Source: Macrostomum lignano
Taxonomy: Eukaryota
Direction of reading: 5' to 3'
DNA: 64,000 nucleotides
Assembly: GCA_002269645.1 (NCBI GenBank)
Contig: NIVC01000254.1
Span: 124,001-188,000 of the forward strand
Shown here: in pieces, positions 52,799 to 64,000 of the stretch
Numbering within the stretch: position 1 is the first letter of the stretch
How the letters are laid out: each line of letters opens with the position of its first letter
The notes under the pieces: model-generated
Database searches by the model: none
What the model was told of the DNA's origin: nothing
Seen by the model: the letters and a program-made list of their open reading frames with translations, nothing else
Made by a program: the position numbers and the translations under genes

Positions 52799-53120
52799 AG
52801 GTTGTGGTCAAGTGGTTAGAAGAGCGTCGACTGAAGAAGTCTGAAGAAGAAGAAGTCTCACGATTGAAAGGTCCGAGGTTCGATTCCCGATCCCACTGGA
52901 ACAATTTGCGTCCTTGAGCAAGACACTTAACTCTGCATTGCTTCAGTTCACCCAGCTGTAAAATGGGTGCCAGCATTAGCTGGGGGATGTGTGTGGCGAC
53001 CCTTCAGTCCTTGTACTGAACAGCCGTACGCAGCCTTCAGATGCACCGCGCAATGGCTGCGGCTGAGCGGTCGGTTGCACATCTGCCCATTAGGGCAGGC
53101 GTAATCAATTGTTATTATTG
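52799..53120 (+). mobile_element. tRNA-derived SINE, family 1 (GAA-rich insertion in the head)
   Basis: Aligns to 48103-48412. Confidence 0.85.
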
Positions 53121-53311
53121 ATTGTAAAACATTGCAGTGACTCAAAAAGACAAAACTTTTCAAGGGCCTTGACCTCACAGATTAACGCTGCTTCTCGTCC
53201 ATATCATAGAAACCCTTTGGAGTACTTTTTGATTACATTTTCCTATATGAATGGCTATTGCTCACTAAAAATAAATAAATTAAAGCCATAATTACATGCC
53301 CGAATACTCAC

Positions 53312-53730
53312 CTCGGCGTCCCTAAAGAACGCTTCCCAATCGTATTTGGTAGGACACGGCGGCTTTAATTGCACAGCCCGCACTCTCAAGAAGTCAGAAA
53401 ATCCGGCCAGTTTAATTCGGCCCCCGTCCAGCTGTTTGACAGCTCCGGCCAGAGCTCGGCGATTGGGCAATTCGCAATCGAGTCGAATCACGGACAAACT
53501 GGATGTCTGGACGCGCAGGTGGCTGAGCTGATGAGGCTTAGCCATCGATCGCAGCTGCTCCATCACCTCCCAGTTGGAGATAGAGCGGCATTTGTCGGTG
53601 AGCTGGGGCAGGTCCACTGCGATGCCTAAACAGGCGGCTGGCTTCAGGCAGAGCCGCAGCTCCGGGCACAGAGGCACAGCCTCAGTAGCGTCATCGCAAC
53701 GGGTCACTACGCCAGCGCGGGGCGGTTGAA
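53312..53730 (-). CDS. AKAP17A: AKAP17A ortholog, conserved N-terminal exon
   Basis: EAVPLCP…LKP…VDLPQL…SISNWEVMEQLR…LDGGRIKLAGFSDFLRVRA…DWEAFFRDA matches AKAP17A/XE7. CAG acceptor and GTGAGT donor. Confidence 0.95.
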
Positions 53731-53879
53731 CTGTGCAGGGGATTTGAAGGAGGGATCATTGTCAGTGATGGGAAGTCGGTGTTAGTCACCCATAGGTAAA
53801 GTAACTGATTGAGTTACCTCATTATCTAGAAAAGAGAATTCGTAATTGAATTTAGTAGTAGAAGAGAAGACGCATGATT

Positions 53880-54985
53880 AAGTTTACCTGGAAGAGGCAC
53901 CTGATTGAGTTTACCCGGAAGAGGCACCTGATTGAGTTTACCCGGAAGAGGCACCTGATTGAGTTTACCCGGAAGAGGCACCTGATTGAGTTTACCCGGA
54001 AGAGGCACCTGATTGAGTTTACCCGGAAGAGGCACCTGATTGAGTTTACCCGGAAGAGGCACCTGATTGAGTTTACCCGGAAGAGGCACCTGATTGAGTT
54101 TACCCGGAAGAGGCACCTGATTGAGTTTACCCAAAAGAGACATCTCATTGAGCTTTCCTGGAATAGAGCCACTTGATTGAGTTTACCTGGAAGAGACACC
54201 TTATTGAGTTAACCTAGAAGAGACATCTGATTGAGTTTACCTGGAAAAGAGACTCCTGTTTGAGTTTACCTGGAAAAGAGACACCTGTTTGAGTTTACCT
54301 GGAAAAGAGACACCTGTTTGAATTTACCTGGAAAAGAGACACCTGTTTGAGTTTACCAGGAAAAGAGACACCTGTTTGAGTTTACCTGGAAAAGAGACAC
54401 CTGTTTGAGTTTACCAGGAAAAGAGACACCTGTTTGAGTTTACCAGGAAAAGAGACACCTGTTTGAGTTTACCTGGAAAAGAGACACCTGTTTGAGTTTA
54501 CCTGGAAAAGAGATACCTGTTTGAGTTTACCTGGAAAAGAGATACCTGTTTGAGTTTACCTGGAAAAGAGATACCTGTTTGAGTTTACCTGGAGAAGAGA
54601 CAACTGTTTGAGTTTACCTGGAAAAGAGATACCTGTTTGAGTTTACCTGGAGAAGAGACAACTGTTTGAGTTTACCTAGAAAAGAGACACCTGTTTGAGT
54701 TTACCTAGAAAAAAGACACCTGTTTGAGTTTACCTGAAAAAAGAGATACCTGTTTGAGTTTACCTGGAGAAGAGACAACTGTTTGAGTTTACCTAGAAAA
54801 GAGACACCTGTTTGAGTTTACCTGGAAAAGAGACACCTGTTTGAGTTTACCTGGAAAAGAGATACCTGTTTGAGTTTACCTGGAGAAGAGACAACTGTTT
54901 GAGTTTACCTAGAAAAGAGACACCTGTTTGAGTTTACCTGGAAAAGAGACTCCTATTTGAGTTTACCTAGAAGACACCTGATTGG
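53880..54985. repeat. Minisatellite: 27-bp unit (GAGTTTACCCGGAAGAGGCACCTGATT) grading into a 29-bp unit (GAGTTTACCTGGAAAAGAGACACCTGTTT)
   Basis: Tandem copies are directly visible, with no unique spacers. Confidence 0.97.
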
Positions 54986-55583
54986 GTTCACTACTAGGCA
55001 CTTAATGAGTTACTAGAAAAGGGAAACATAATTGAGAAAAATTAATTGAATTTGCTTTCAGCAATTTTTTTCATCAAATACGAGTATACACAGTAATAAT
55101 AAAATAACTATCAGATATGGCTTTATTATATATTATATAATAATAAGATTATCTTTTGTATAATAGTCTACAAAAGTAAATTTAAGTTGAAAAATTAAGT
55201 TTTTGATATTTTATTTTAGTTAACTTAATAATAATCAACCTATGCCTAGACCCAGAAACCAACAATACTTAATATATTTAATGTGATGTTGATTTAAGGA
55301 AAGGTTACTAAACAAGACATTCAAAGAAAAGGACAGAGATTTACCTAAACAAAAAATGGGGAATTATATAACATATAGAGATTAGTGATTTGATCCTCAA
55401 ATCTTTGTAATACCAAAAATTAGAAAGAAAAGATTTATTCTACTATTAATGTTCTTCTTAGGCTAGACTTAAAAAATTTTTTTTTAAAATATTAGATACT
55501 ACTAATAAGAACTAAAATGCTGTTTATAATTCTAATAGTACTACTTTCAATAAACATAAAAATCCCTACACAACCTTGGTGGC

Positions 55584-55880
55584 CATACATGGGCAACAGT
55601 CGGCCGAGTTGGCCAATCTAGCCGACCGATTTGGCGACTAACCAAGGAAGTCGCAAAAATTCCCACCCTAAAAACACCCAAGTAGTAGTACTAAGTAGCT
55701 GACGAGGCATTTTGGCTTAATAAGAGAGTCATAGTTACTCCTGCCGTTTACCCAAACTTGCGTTAATATTGCTTTACGGTTTTTTTACATGCAAGTTGCA
55801 TTTTTGGCCAAAAACTACGTCGCATTTTTGTTAAAACTAAGTCGCACGGCCGACCGAATTTTGGAGGTTGCGCATGTATG
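55584..55880. mobile_element. hAT-type MITE (family of 50160-50406) containing the 28S segment
   Basis: TIR CATACATGGGCAAC / GTTGCGCATGTATG and perfect 8-bp TSD TTGGTGGC. Confidence 0.9.
55690..55753 (-). other. Degenerate 28S rRNA H69-H71 fragment
   Basis: Minus strand GGGTAAACGGCAGGAGTAACTATGACTCTCTTATTAAGCCAAAATGCCTCGTCAGCTACTTAGT. Confidence 0.9.
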
Positions 55881-57948
55881 TTGGTGGCATAATAACACTA
55901 ATAAAACATTTGTATTAGCAGTTAGAAATAGAGACCAATTACTTTATAGATAGCCATGACAGGTTTTTAGGTGCCAAATGTATACAGACTATTGAGTGTT
56001 TACTTGCTATTTTTAAAGTTCATAAATAACAATTTATTATTGTTTCCTTATTGTATCCTATATAGTGTATTCCTGTTTATTATATTGTTTATAGCAGAGG
56101 TATAGATATATAGAAACTTATATGCTATTGTCAAAGCTACCCCATATTTCTAAAGCTAACTAGCCCATCATTAATGTTTTTTCTGCTTCAAATTTGTGAT
56201 ATTATCTTTATGTTTTACAATAAGCAAAGCTTATTTAACTTTCCCAAAATTAAGAATCACACAAATTAAGAATCATAGACAAGCTATATATGCACTTACA
56301 ATCAAAAGCCTTTATATACATTTGGCACTACAAAGGCCATCACTGAAATGGGTGGCCTTGAAATGATTATCACTAAAGAAACTATAACTCCTAGAAATTT
56401 AAAAGACAAGGGTTTTTGATTGTAGCATAAAGGCATTTTGGTACTAGGCATTTTGGACAATATCTAGTGCAAATCAATCTTGCAATGTTTATGATGATAT
56501 AATGCAAGGAGGGAATGTAGGATTACATGAAAAAGGGAGTGTGGGATACTTATAAGAGAGATATGAGAAACAGATTAAAAAGAAAAATGTAGGATACACA
56601 GCAAGAGATGCAAATCATATATAGAGGAAGGGAATAAGGTACATATGGGGAAAATAGAAATACAAGAAAAGGGGTTCTAATGCAGATCTAACCTATGCAA
56701 TAGTCAATAGAGATAGATTTAGGCATATAAGTACAGTAGTCTTTGGTACAATTATTCTAAAAAAGCTAAAAGCCTTATTGCAACATTAGTAGCAATGACC
56801 AAGGTTTAAATTTAAGTTAGCTCTATAAACAATACAATGGAGATTGGTAAATGTATTAGAATTTATTATAAAAGCTTTTTTCATTCAAAATAAAAATAGC
56901 CCTAAAAGCATTGATCAAATATTATGTTTGATAAGCCAAGGATTATTGCACCTGGATAAACAAAGATTATTACACTAGCCATGACATGGATTATTTCATT
57001 AGGCCTACTCCATTAATGCAATTATTGCATTAGTGGAAGAAATATTTGCACTAGCAACTTGTTGTCTAGTGGATACTTGCTGTCTAGTGTTGCATCCCGG
57101 TGGAGTCTTCAACAGGTGGTGTTGCGTCGCAGTCGCGGAGTCCATGGTTTTGATTAGTAGTGTTGCAACACTATTGCAGTTGTCAATTGCCACAATTAAT
57201 AAACATATAGTCAGAAACCATATTTGGGTAAGATATCAAACCATATTCCGGGTTTTTGTTAACATAAATATTGTTATGTCAAGAGATGAGCTTCTTGTAA
57301 TTTTTTGTTTTATCTTGTTATTTTTCATTTCAATTTACTTTTATGTCATTTACAATATAACATGTGAATAGACAATATTTGCTGTTGCGGACTTGAAGTT
57401 AAAGTTTCTTGTTCTCCAGTTTTGATTATGACATTTGTTTTGCTAATGACAAACATTAAGAATTGAGTGAATTGAACTCAGATGAAATGACTGCTAGGCC
57501 AGCTGCTAGCCTGCTATGAATTATTAAAAACAAGTAACAAGTAATACTTGTTAGTTACAATGTATGCGCTGTTTTTTAACTGCTATACCTTTGTTGTTTT
57601 ACTTTTTATTGTTTTTAAATTTCATTTCTTTTTCCACGAAATTGAATGGAATACTTTTGTCCCTCACTCCATGGTCTTAGGAGTGAATGGCAGAATGGTA
57701 ATTGTCATTTTAAGTGAATGCTCTCCCCTTTCACCCCCCCCCTGGTCATTTGGTCAACAAACATTGGTGTTGCGTCACCAAGTCGCATCATACCCCCAGT
57801 CAACAAAATTTTGAGGGCACAATTTTGGCACCCATTTTGTGTGTCCATGGGTTTTTGAAACTTATTCCAATAGGGTTTGTAAGATACTTGCTATTTGCAA
57901 TTGTTTACTATTTGTTTACTATAATTGTATAAATATGTTACAATACAA

Positions 57949-58571
57949 TAGTGTTCCGCTATAGCCGTAAATATGGTAAAATAGGTGCCTATGGCAGCTA
58001 TGGATACACCTACGGTAGCTAGCTGCTCTTATGGCTACGACTACTGAAATATGGTAGTTGCTGTCACATTCCGTAGATTCCCGTAGCCGTAGTTATTATT
58101 GTTAAAAATTGAAAAAATATTAGAAACAGGTAGAGTAAAACAAATATACTTTTAGTAAACTGTATTATCAACCTAGAAACTTATAAAATATACCTAAAAA
58201 AGTACAATAAAACACTAGCAAACTCTAATTTTTATTAATGTGAAAAAGTTTAGTGTTAGTACTTTCAATAATGACTAAGTATTGTTGCTTTGAAAAAAGA
58301 CAAAATATAATCTTACAAAGACAATTAGGCCTGTGTTTCTTTTATTTTCTAATTTAATTTGCAGTTGTTTAAGCACTAGGTTATTTTCTTGATTCAAAAT
58401 ATTTTGTTTTTTTAGACTTTTTGTTAAAACTACGGCTACGGCTATGGGAACTACAAGAATATTGTAATTTCGGGGTCCCTACAGCTACGGAATATGGAGA
58501 ATTAGAGTAAGCCCTAGTTTTGCTTACGGCTACGGCTACAGTACATGGACCCTCCTTATGGTGGAACACTA
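57949..58571. mobile_element. Non-autonomous hAT element
   Basis: TIR TAGTGTTCC / GGAACACTA, perfect TSD CAATACAA, subterminal CCGTAG/CTACGG repeats. Confidence 0.9.
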
Positions 58572-58621
58572 CAATACAAAAGTAAAAAAATCATAAAAAA
58601 TAGCCAATTCTTATTCTAATT

Positions 58622-60200
58622 TAGTGATGGACCGAATGTCAATTTTGCAAGTTTCCTAAACTGAATCTAAATATACAAAAAAATTCTGAATCCAAATTTA
58701 AATATCCAAATATGTTTTCTATTGTAGATAAAAGCAAAAGGTAAATAGCAGGAGTAACTATGACACTTTTCTATGACGAAAATGCCTTATCATCTAATTA
58801 TTAATCCTATTAGTGCTATACATATATTACTGACAAGATTCAATCTAATCTCAAGCTCTATCTAGTATCTGAATTGAATTAAACTTACAATTGAACTCAA
58901 TTCCTTTAATTTAATCTAACTAATTCCAATTACTAATACTAACTGATATTACATTTGTGCAATTTGATAACTTTACCGTGTATAATGCATGTTAAAGACC
59001 ATTGCATTTGCATTTTGAAAAAAAGTGATGATTCAACTTAAACAATAATTTCTGCAATTAAATGTTTCTACAACTTTAGGTTAAATGCCTCAAAGGTCCT
59101 AAAGTTAAATAACTTTACTTATTAACACTTTTTAATAATATACATTGCTGCAAAAAAGACAATTGAAAAAACAAACAATATTACATTAAGTTTGTGTTCT
59201 TATTTTGTAGTAGTGCTTCAATACTGTATGAATTTTTAACAATAAAGGTATGATTTCTTAGAAACCAAACTTGTGCAAAATATTAGATAAATATTTTGTT
59301 TAAATGCATTGAATGTATTTGTTTTACCATAGTGAATATTTTGTTTTATGGCATGAAATAAGTTGGAATTATTTTTTGTTTTAATTATATGGGGAGGAAC
59401 CACTATATATAGGAGCTGTTTGAGTCGAAATATAACCAACTGTCTGTGACTTATAAGCAAAACATTGCAAACAAAATAGCAGTTCAACCTATATATTTCA
59501 AAGTCTTTTGAGTTTAATAGCAACTTATTCATTTACAAAAGCTGAGAGCAGTACCAAAAAACTTGCTAAGAGAGGGAATTGGGACTAATTCTTGGAGATA
59601 TACTAAGAGAGATGCTGTGACCCTCTAGTCTTGATAAATGCCCAATTAGGACAATTTACTAATACATATACTAATACTAGACTGCTCAGGCCATAAGCTA
59701 CCAGAACCTTATCAGAAAGGCCATAAGCTACCAGAACACTACCAGAAACACTACTAAGAATGCTACCCAGAAATATTCAAATGAAATTCTAAGAAGATTT
59801 AGAAGGCAAGATTTAGTGTCAGCAGTAAAAATATAATAGAGGAAATTATAAACCTGTAACAACTTTGGTGGCAGCTTGTAGGATATTTAATAAACACTAG
59901 CATCAATAGTTAGGAGTTTAGAAAGATAGAGCCAAAAGGCCTGTCATAGCTAGTGGCATTTAGTGGGATTAAAATTGACAAAATAGGAGGCAAAAAGCCT
60001 GTCACAATTTTTCTAATTGACCTTTTTAAAAGTTGTATTTTTTTTACAATAGCATAATTTTGTTTAGGTTTTTTATATTTGGAAGCACATTTGGAATTTT
60101 AGAAAATAAAATTTCCGAAACAAAAACATTTGGACTTCTAAAAAAGTGACACTCTTTTTTAGATTCGGAATCTGAATCCAAATATTTAGATCCATCACTA
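58622..60200. mobile_element. Non-autonomous hAT element (~1.58 kb) containing a 28S-like segment
   Basis: TIR TAGTGATGGA / TCCATCACTA, perfect TSD TTCTAATT, subterminal CTGAATCYAAAT repeats. Confidence 0.88.
58740..58800 (+). other. More degenerate 28S rRNA H69-H71 fragment
   Basis: GGTAAATAGCAGGAGTAACTATGACACTTTTCTATGACGAAAATGCCTTATCATCTAATTA. Confidence 0.75.
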
Positions 60201-60417
60201 TTCTAATTTAATTTTAATCTAAGACCAAATTGTATTAAAAAGATGTTTTAAAAGCTTTTTAACAAGATCTGTATCTTATTAAAATCTTAATTAAAATAAC
60301 TTAATTCTAAAAATAATTAGATTAAATAATTAATAATTTAATAAATAAACATGATTTTTAAGCTTAATATATACAAAAGGTTTATTTTATAATGCAGATT
60401 TAATACTTGATACTCAC

Positions 60418-60469
60418 ATTCCTTCATAGTTATTCTGGTAGCTTCTGTGTCTTTTCTTTGGTTAGCCAT
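60418..60469 (-). CDS. Candidate first coding exon of AKAP17A (MANQRKDTEATRITMKE)
   Basis: ATG followed by a GTGAGT donor in phase 1, compatible with the phase of the 53730 acceptor. No homology support. Confidence 0.3.
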
Positions 60470-61785
60470 AACTAGTAGTATAATAGCCTTATCTTATAAA
60501 TATAATTATTTTTTTTAATTTCTTGCCTCAAAGTAAGCCTTTAACTTGATCACACAGTGATACTCAAAAACATAATAAATATATTTGCCTTACCATAGTC
60601 TATAAAAAATATTGCACTTAGTAGCTACCTTTTAGGCCTACACAAGCAATTCAATTTTAAATTATCTACTAAGCCATACACTATCTATACAATTAAAATT
60701 ATAATTAATATTACAATTAATTAAAATTTAAAAAATGCAGCGATCTTTCGACGTTCAGATTAGTCCAGTGATGTTAGTTTACTGTTTCGTAAGTGACCTA
60801 GGCACTCCAGCCCTAGCTATAAGGATGGTCAGGTTAATATAGGCCTATTGAAGATCTATTAAAAAACTTGACCTTAGGTTTTGTCAAAAAGCTAAATATT
60901 AAATAGTTCTAAAGTCTGCTTTCTTTCAGCAAATTAACTACGCTTAGATTAAATAATATAGGGCTAGACGCATATATTTTTAATAGTTCTTTGTACCCTC
61001 GAGAATGGCAATTAGATCGTTTTCACGAGCGGTGCGTTTGAATTGGAACCAAAACCCTGATTTTTCGGTTTGCAGCGTTATTTATATTTTTGATAAAAAT
61101 AAAACCCGTCGGATTCTGCACTTGCATATGAAAGGGGAGAGGGATTTTACCTTGAACGTATAATGAAGCAAAGTAAATTTCTTTATCTAACTAACTAATA
61201 TTAACAGTTAGTCGCAGAAGTCGTCGAGCAACGCTGAAATAGCCTAGCTACTCTAATAAGTCCCTCTCTTGAACTCCAAATTTCATTAAAGGTAGACTTT
61301 CTCTGTCATGATGTTTTATTATAATTATAACTATATACATGTATTTGGACTGGAATAGTTGTTTCAAGTTATACATTTTTTAATTAATTCATATTCGTTG
61401 TGCTTTCATTTTTTCAGCAATAAACCTCAAATGCAAATTCCTCCCTTTCTTTTATTTGTTTATATCTTCATTTTAGTAGGGGTTTTCCGGTCTACAGTTG
61501 CAGTTTTCCTGTTGACAATATTCAATTCTGATATCCACGAGGCCTCAATTGATTTTTACAGGTAATAAAATTCCGTAATATAATACTTTCTGTGCCATTA
61601 GTTTTGAATGAATGACCTAAAATAATATTTTTTAGCTTAATTGGTCTCTGTCTACCTGTCGTGTACTGTATAGTAGAAGCGTAAAAATTTCTGGAAACGT
61701 AGCGACACGACACTGTGAACATTATTTATTTTTACTGGTTAATTCAAGCAATATGTAATATATATGTTGTTAATTCTCACTGCTA

Positions 61786-61937
61786 AAAATCCGCAGTGAG
61801 AAATGCCCCTTCTGCCTCCTCCGGTGTCGAGAATGCGGAGCAATCTGTGAATGCCCCGCCTTTACTCAGGACAGGCTAACCTACCTCGGCCCAAATCCGG
61901 ACCTCTTCGACGTTTTCAGGCCCGAGAATCTCTGCCA
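61786..61937 (+). mobile_element. Fragment of the LOA-type LINE 3' coding end
   Basis: High identity to ~20135-20288 (AAAATCCGCAGTGAG…GAGAATCTCTGCCA). Confidence 0.9.
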
Positions 61938-63200
61938 TCGCCGCACTGCTGCACCATCCGACGGGCAAGGGCGTCCCATTTGACTGGACTTCGGAATGCC
62001 AGACGGCTCGACGAGCTCAAAAAGGTGCCTAATTAGTCCTCCGATCCTGGTGAACCCGGATTTCACCAAGGAGTTCTCAGTCATCACGGATGCCAGTGGC
62101 AGCGGAGTCGGTGCAATTCTGATTAATCAAGGCGAGGCGGTGATCGAGTTCTCAAGCCGCGCGTTCAATTCAGCTGAGAAGAAATACTCTGCAACAGAAA
62201 AGGAGTGCCTGTCCATTCTGCACGTATTCAAAGTTTTTCGCCACTATCTTCTCGGCAAGCATTTCACGGTGCACACGGATCACTACATCGATTCACAGAG
62301 AGTTGACAGCTACGGCAGGCTAGAACGATGGCGTCTGCTGCTTTAAGAGTTCGACTTCACCGTCAAGTACCGAAGAGGCGTTGAGAACACAGATGCTGAC
62401 CCGCTGTCCAGACTGCACGGCCAAGAAGTTGCAGCTACGCAGCCGACTCCGGAAATCGACACTGAAGAGCTCAAAACTGCGCAGCGACAGGACCTGGAGC
62501 TCAGCGAGGTGATTCAGCTGGTGATGGACAAGGACGCAGAAATTGCACCCAGATGGCGGGCAGGACCACTGCAGCAACTTGGCAGAATCTGGAAGAAGCT
62601 GAAGCTGGATGATGACGGTGTTCTACTGCGCAAGTTCAATAACCCGGACGGCCTGCGGGAAGTTCCAGTGGTGCCAGCAAGGCTTCGACAACAGTTTTTG
62701 ACCATACGCTCACGAAGGTCTGGGAGGTCATTTCGGAGCCGAGAAATGCTACCGCACACTGAAACTGACCGCGTACTGGCCCGGCATGGCTGAAGACATC
62801 GTGCAACACTGCCAGAGTTGTTCTGTCTGTCAGGAGAAGAAAGCGGGCTCGCGGACCAGCGCGCCACTCGGAGAACTGCCAATCGGCTCGCCGTGGGATT
62901 CTGTGGCTATCGACATCGTCAAGGTGGCGCCATCATCGCGCGGCAACAAATACCTGCTGGTGGCTCAGGATCAGTTTTCCAAGTACCTGACGGCCGTGGC
63001 GATTCCTGACCAGACTGCTGAGACTACTGCTCGCGCCTTCCTCTCCATCGGCTCCCAGACTGGACTTCCCCGAGTCATCCACTCCGCTCAAGGACCGAAT
63101 TTCGAGTCTCAGCTTTTTCAAGACACTCTGCGAGGCCTGGGAGTCACGAAGACAAGAACAACGGCTTACAATCCCAAAGGCAATGGATTAGCAGAGTCGG
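61934..63200 (+). mobile_element. Ty3/gypsy pol fragment (end of RT, RNase H, integrase), defective
   Basis: PPILVNPDFTKEFSVITDASG…YSATEKECL…FTVHTDH; HCQSCSVCQ; AIDIV…QDQFSKY…TAYNPKGNG. Frameshifts and stops; the second catalytic Asp reads HSAQG. Confidence 0.92.
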
Positions 63201-63599
63201 GCAACAATTCAGTGCAGTCAGTCGTATCTCTCTGCCTTGGTCTACATAAGTACCCGACGCTTAGTAAAAATACGTGAAAAGACGAAAGAATTACAAAGCA
63301 TAAATTCTTTTGCGCACCGCATCGCGAGATCTGAGAGTAATGGAGGTAAAAGGTGAAAGAGAGTAGCTAGAAAGAATTTAGAGAGCTCGAACCATCAGGC
63401 CGCATTGCGTTTGTGAAGTTTCAAAGGACCTAAGGGCCAGAGAGCCTGGGAGGCTTCGCGAGCAGAAGTTTGCTGTCCCCTGGTGAACAATTACACCATG
63501 TACAAGATAAAATTCCGCGTGCTTTTTATATTTTATTCATAAACCAAAATACAAATTATTATTGATCTCTAAATAATACTTATACTACGAGTACTTACT

Positions 63600-64000
63600 A
63601 CTAGGGGGGCAGCGCCAACCCAACAGTAGAATCAGGGGGATGGGTGCAAAGACTGCGGCCATCCTGACCACTAGCCAGCGACAAAACCCGAGTGTGCACG
63701 CGCAAAAAGATACTCCAGCCAGGCATCCAGAGTCCCCATGTCTCGGAAGAGGGCTTCCATGTTGGAGCGAGTCTTGGCAGCTAATTTACCAGGGGCGAGT
63801 CTCGTATCAAAGAACTTGCAAAGGGCTGCAAGCCACAAGGCTTTTTCACTACCCAGCTCTATTGAGCCCAAGTCAAGGGGTTGGAGAGCTGGGAGCAGCA
63901 CAGAGCGGAGACACCGCGGACTCAGCCGGTATTCCCCGATTCGGGACGAACTCTTCCCCAGGACACCAATTCACTGTCAGTGATGAGAGCCAGAGACACA
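63600..64000 (-). mobile_element. Possible 3' end of an L1/Tx1-type LINE ORF2
   Basis: ORF …LWLAALCKFFDTRL…DAWLEYLF loosely resembles Tx1 C-termini. Weak. Confidence 0.25.

Noticed and set aside
44074-53120. tRNA genes at the SINE heads
   Set aside because: They have A/B boxes but no complete cloverleaf, and continue into SINE bodies with tails and TSDs.
53826-54199. Repetitive ORFs (PGKLNQVPL)n / (EFTRKRHLI)n, and a CRISPR-like appearance
   Set aside because: Pure tandem repeat with no unique spacers, no cas genes and a eukaryotic intronic context.
57005-57193. GC-richer ORF as a possible AKAP17A exon
   Set aside because: No homology and no convincing acceptor.
50264-58800. Functional rRNA genes
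   Set aside because: Only ~62-bp degenerate pieces inside transposons, with no flanking rDNA.

Overview
Eukaryotic (invertebrate metazoan) genomic DNA: spliceosomal introns, SINEs, LINEs and MITEs are present, with no prokaryotic organisation. The style suggests a flatworm such as Macrostomum, but that is inference only. About 6.5-47.2 kb is a head-to-tail minus-strand tandem cluster of at least 11 loci of one uncharacterised family with intronless CDS, ~500 aa: N-terminal C-x4-C-x15-C-x2-H zinc motif (B-box-like), coiled coil, and C-terminal NHL-like beta-propeller carrying a CxxC...CxH motif. The architecture resembles a RING-less TRIM-NHL protein. The cluster is built from a repeated [class A gene - conserved spacer - class B gene] unit. 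The class B slot holds a full-length gene once, an N-terminal-only gene twice and a propeller-only gene once. Class A paralogs are recombinant mosaics with replacement-rich, length-variable loops. A full-length LOA/I-group LINE (13-bp TSD) sits inside the cluster. Flanking genes are a KY/hillarin-like exon (left) and a spliced AKAP17A ortholog (right). Three non-autonomous hAT-type elements in or upstream of AKAP17A each carry a ~62-bp degenerate copy of the 28S rRNA H69-H71 segment (the R2/I-PpoI target site). All calls come from manual reading; no searches were run.
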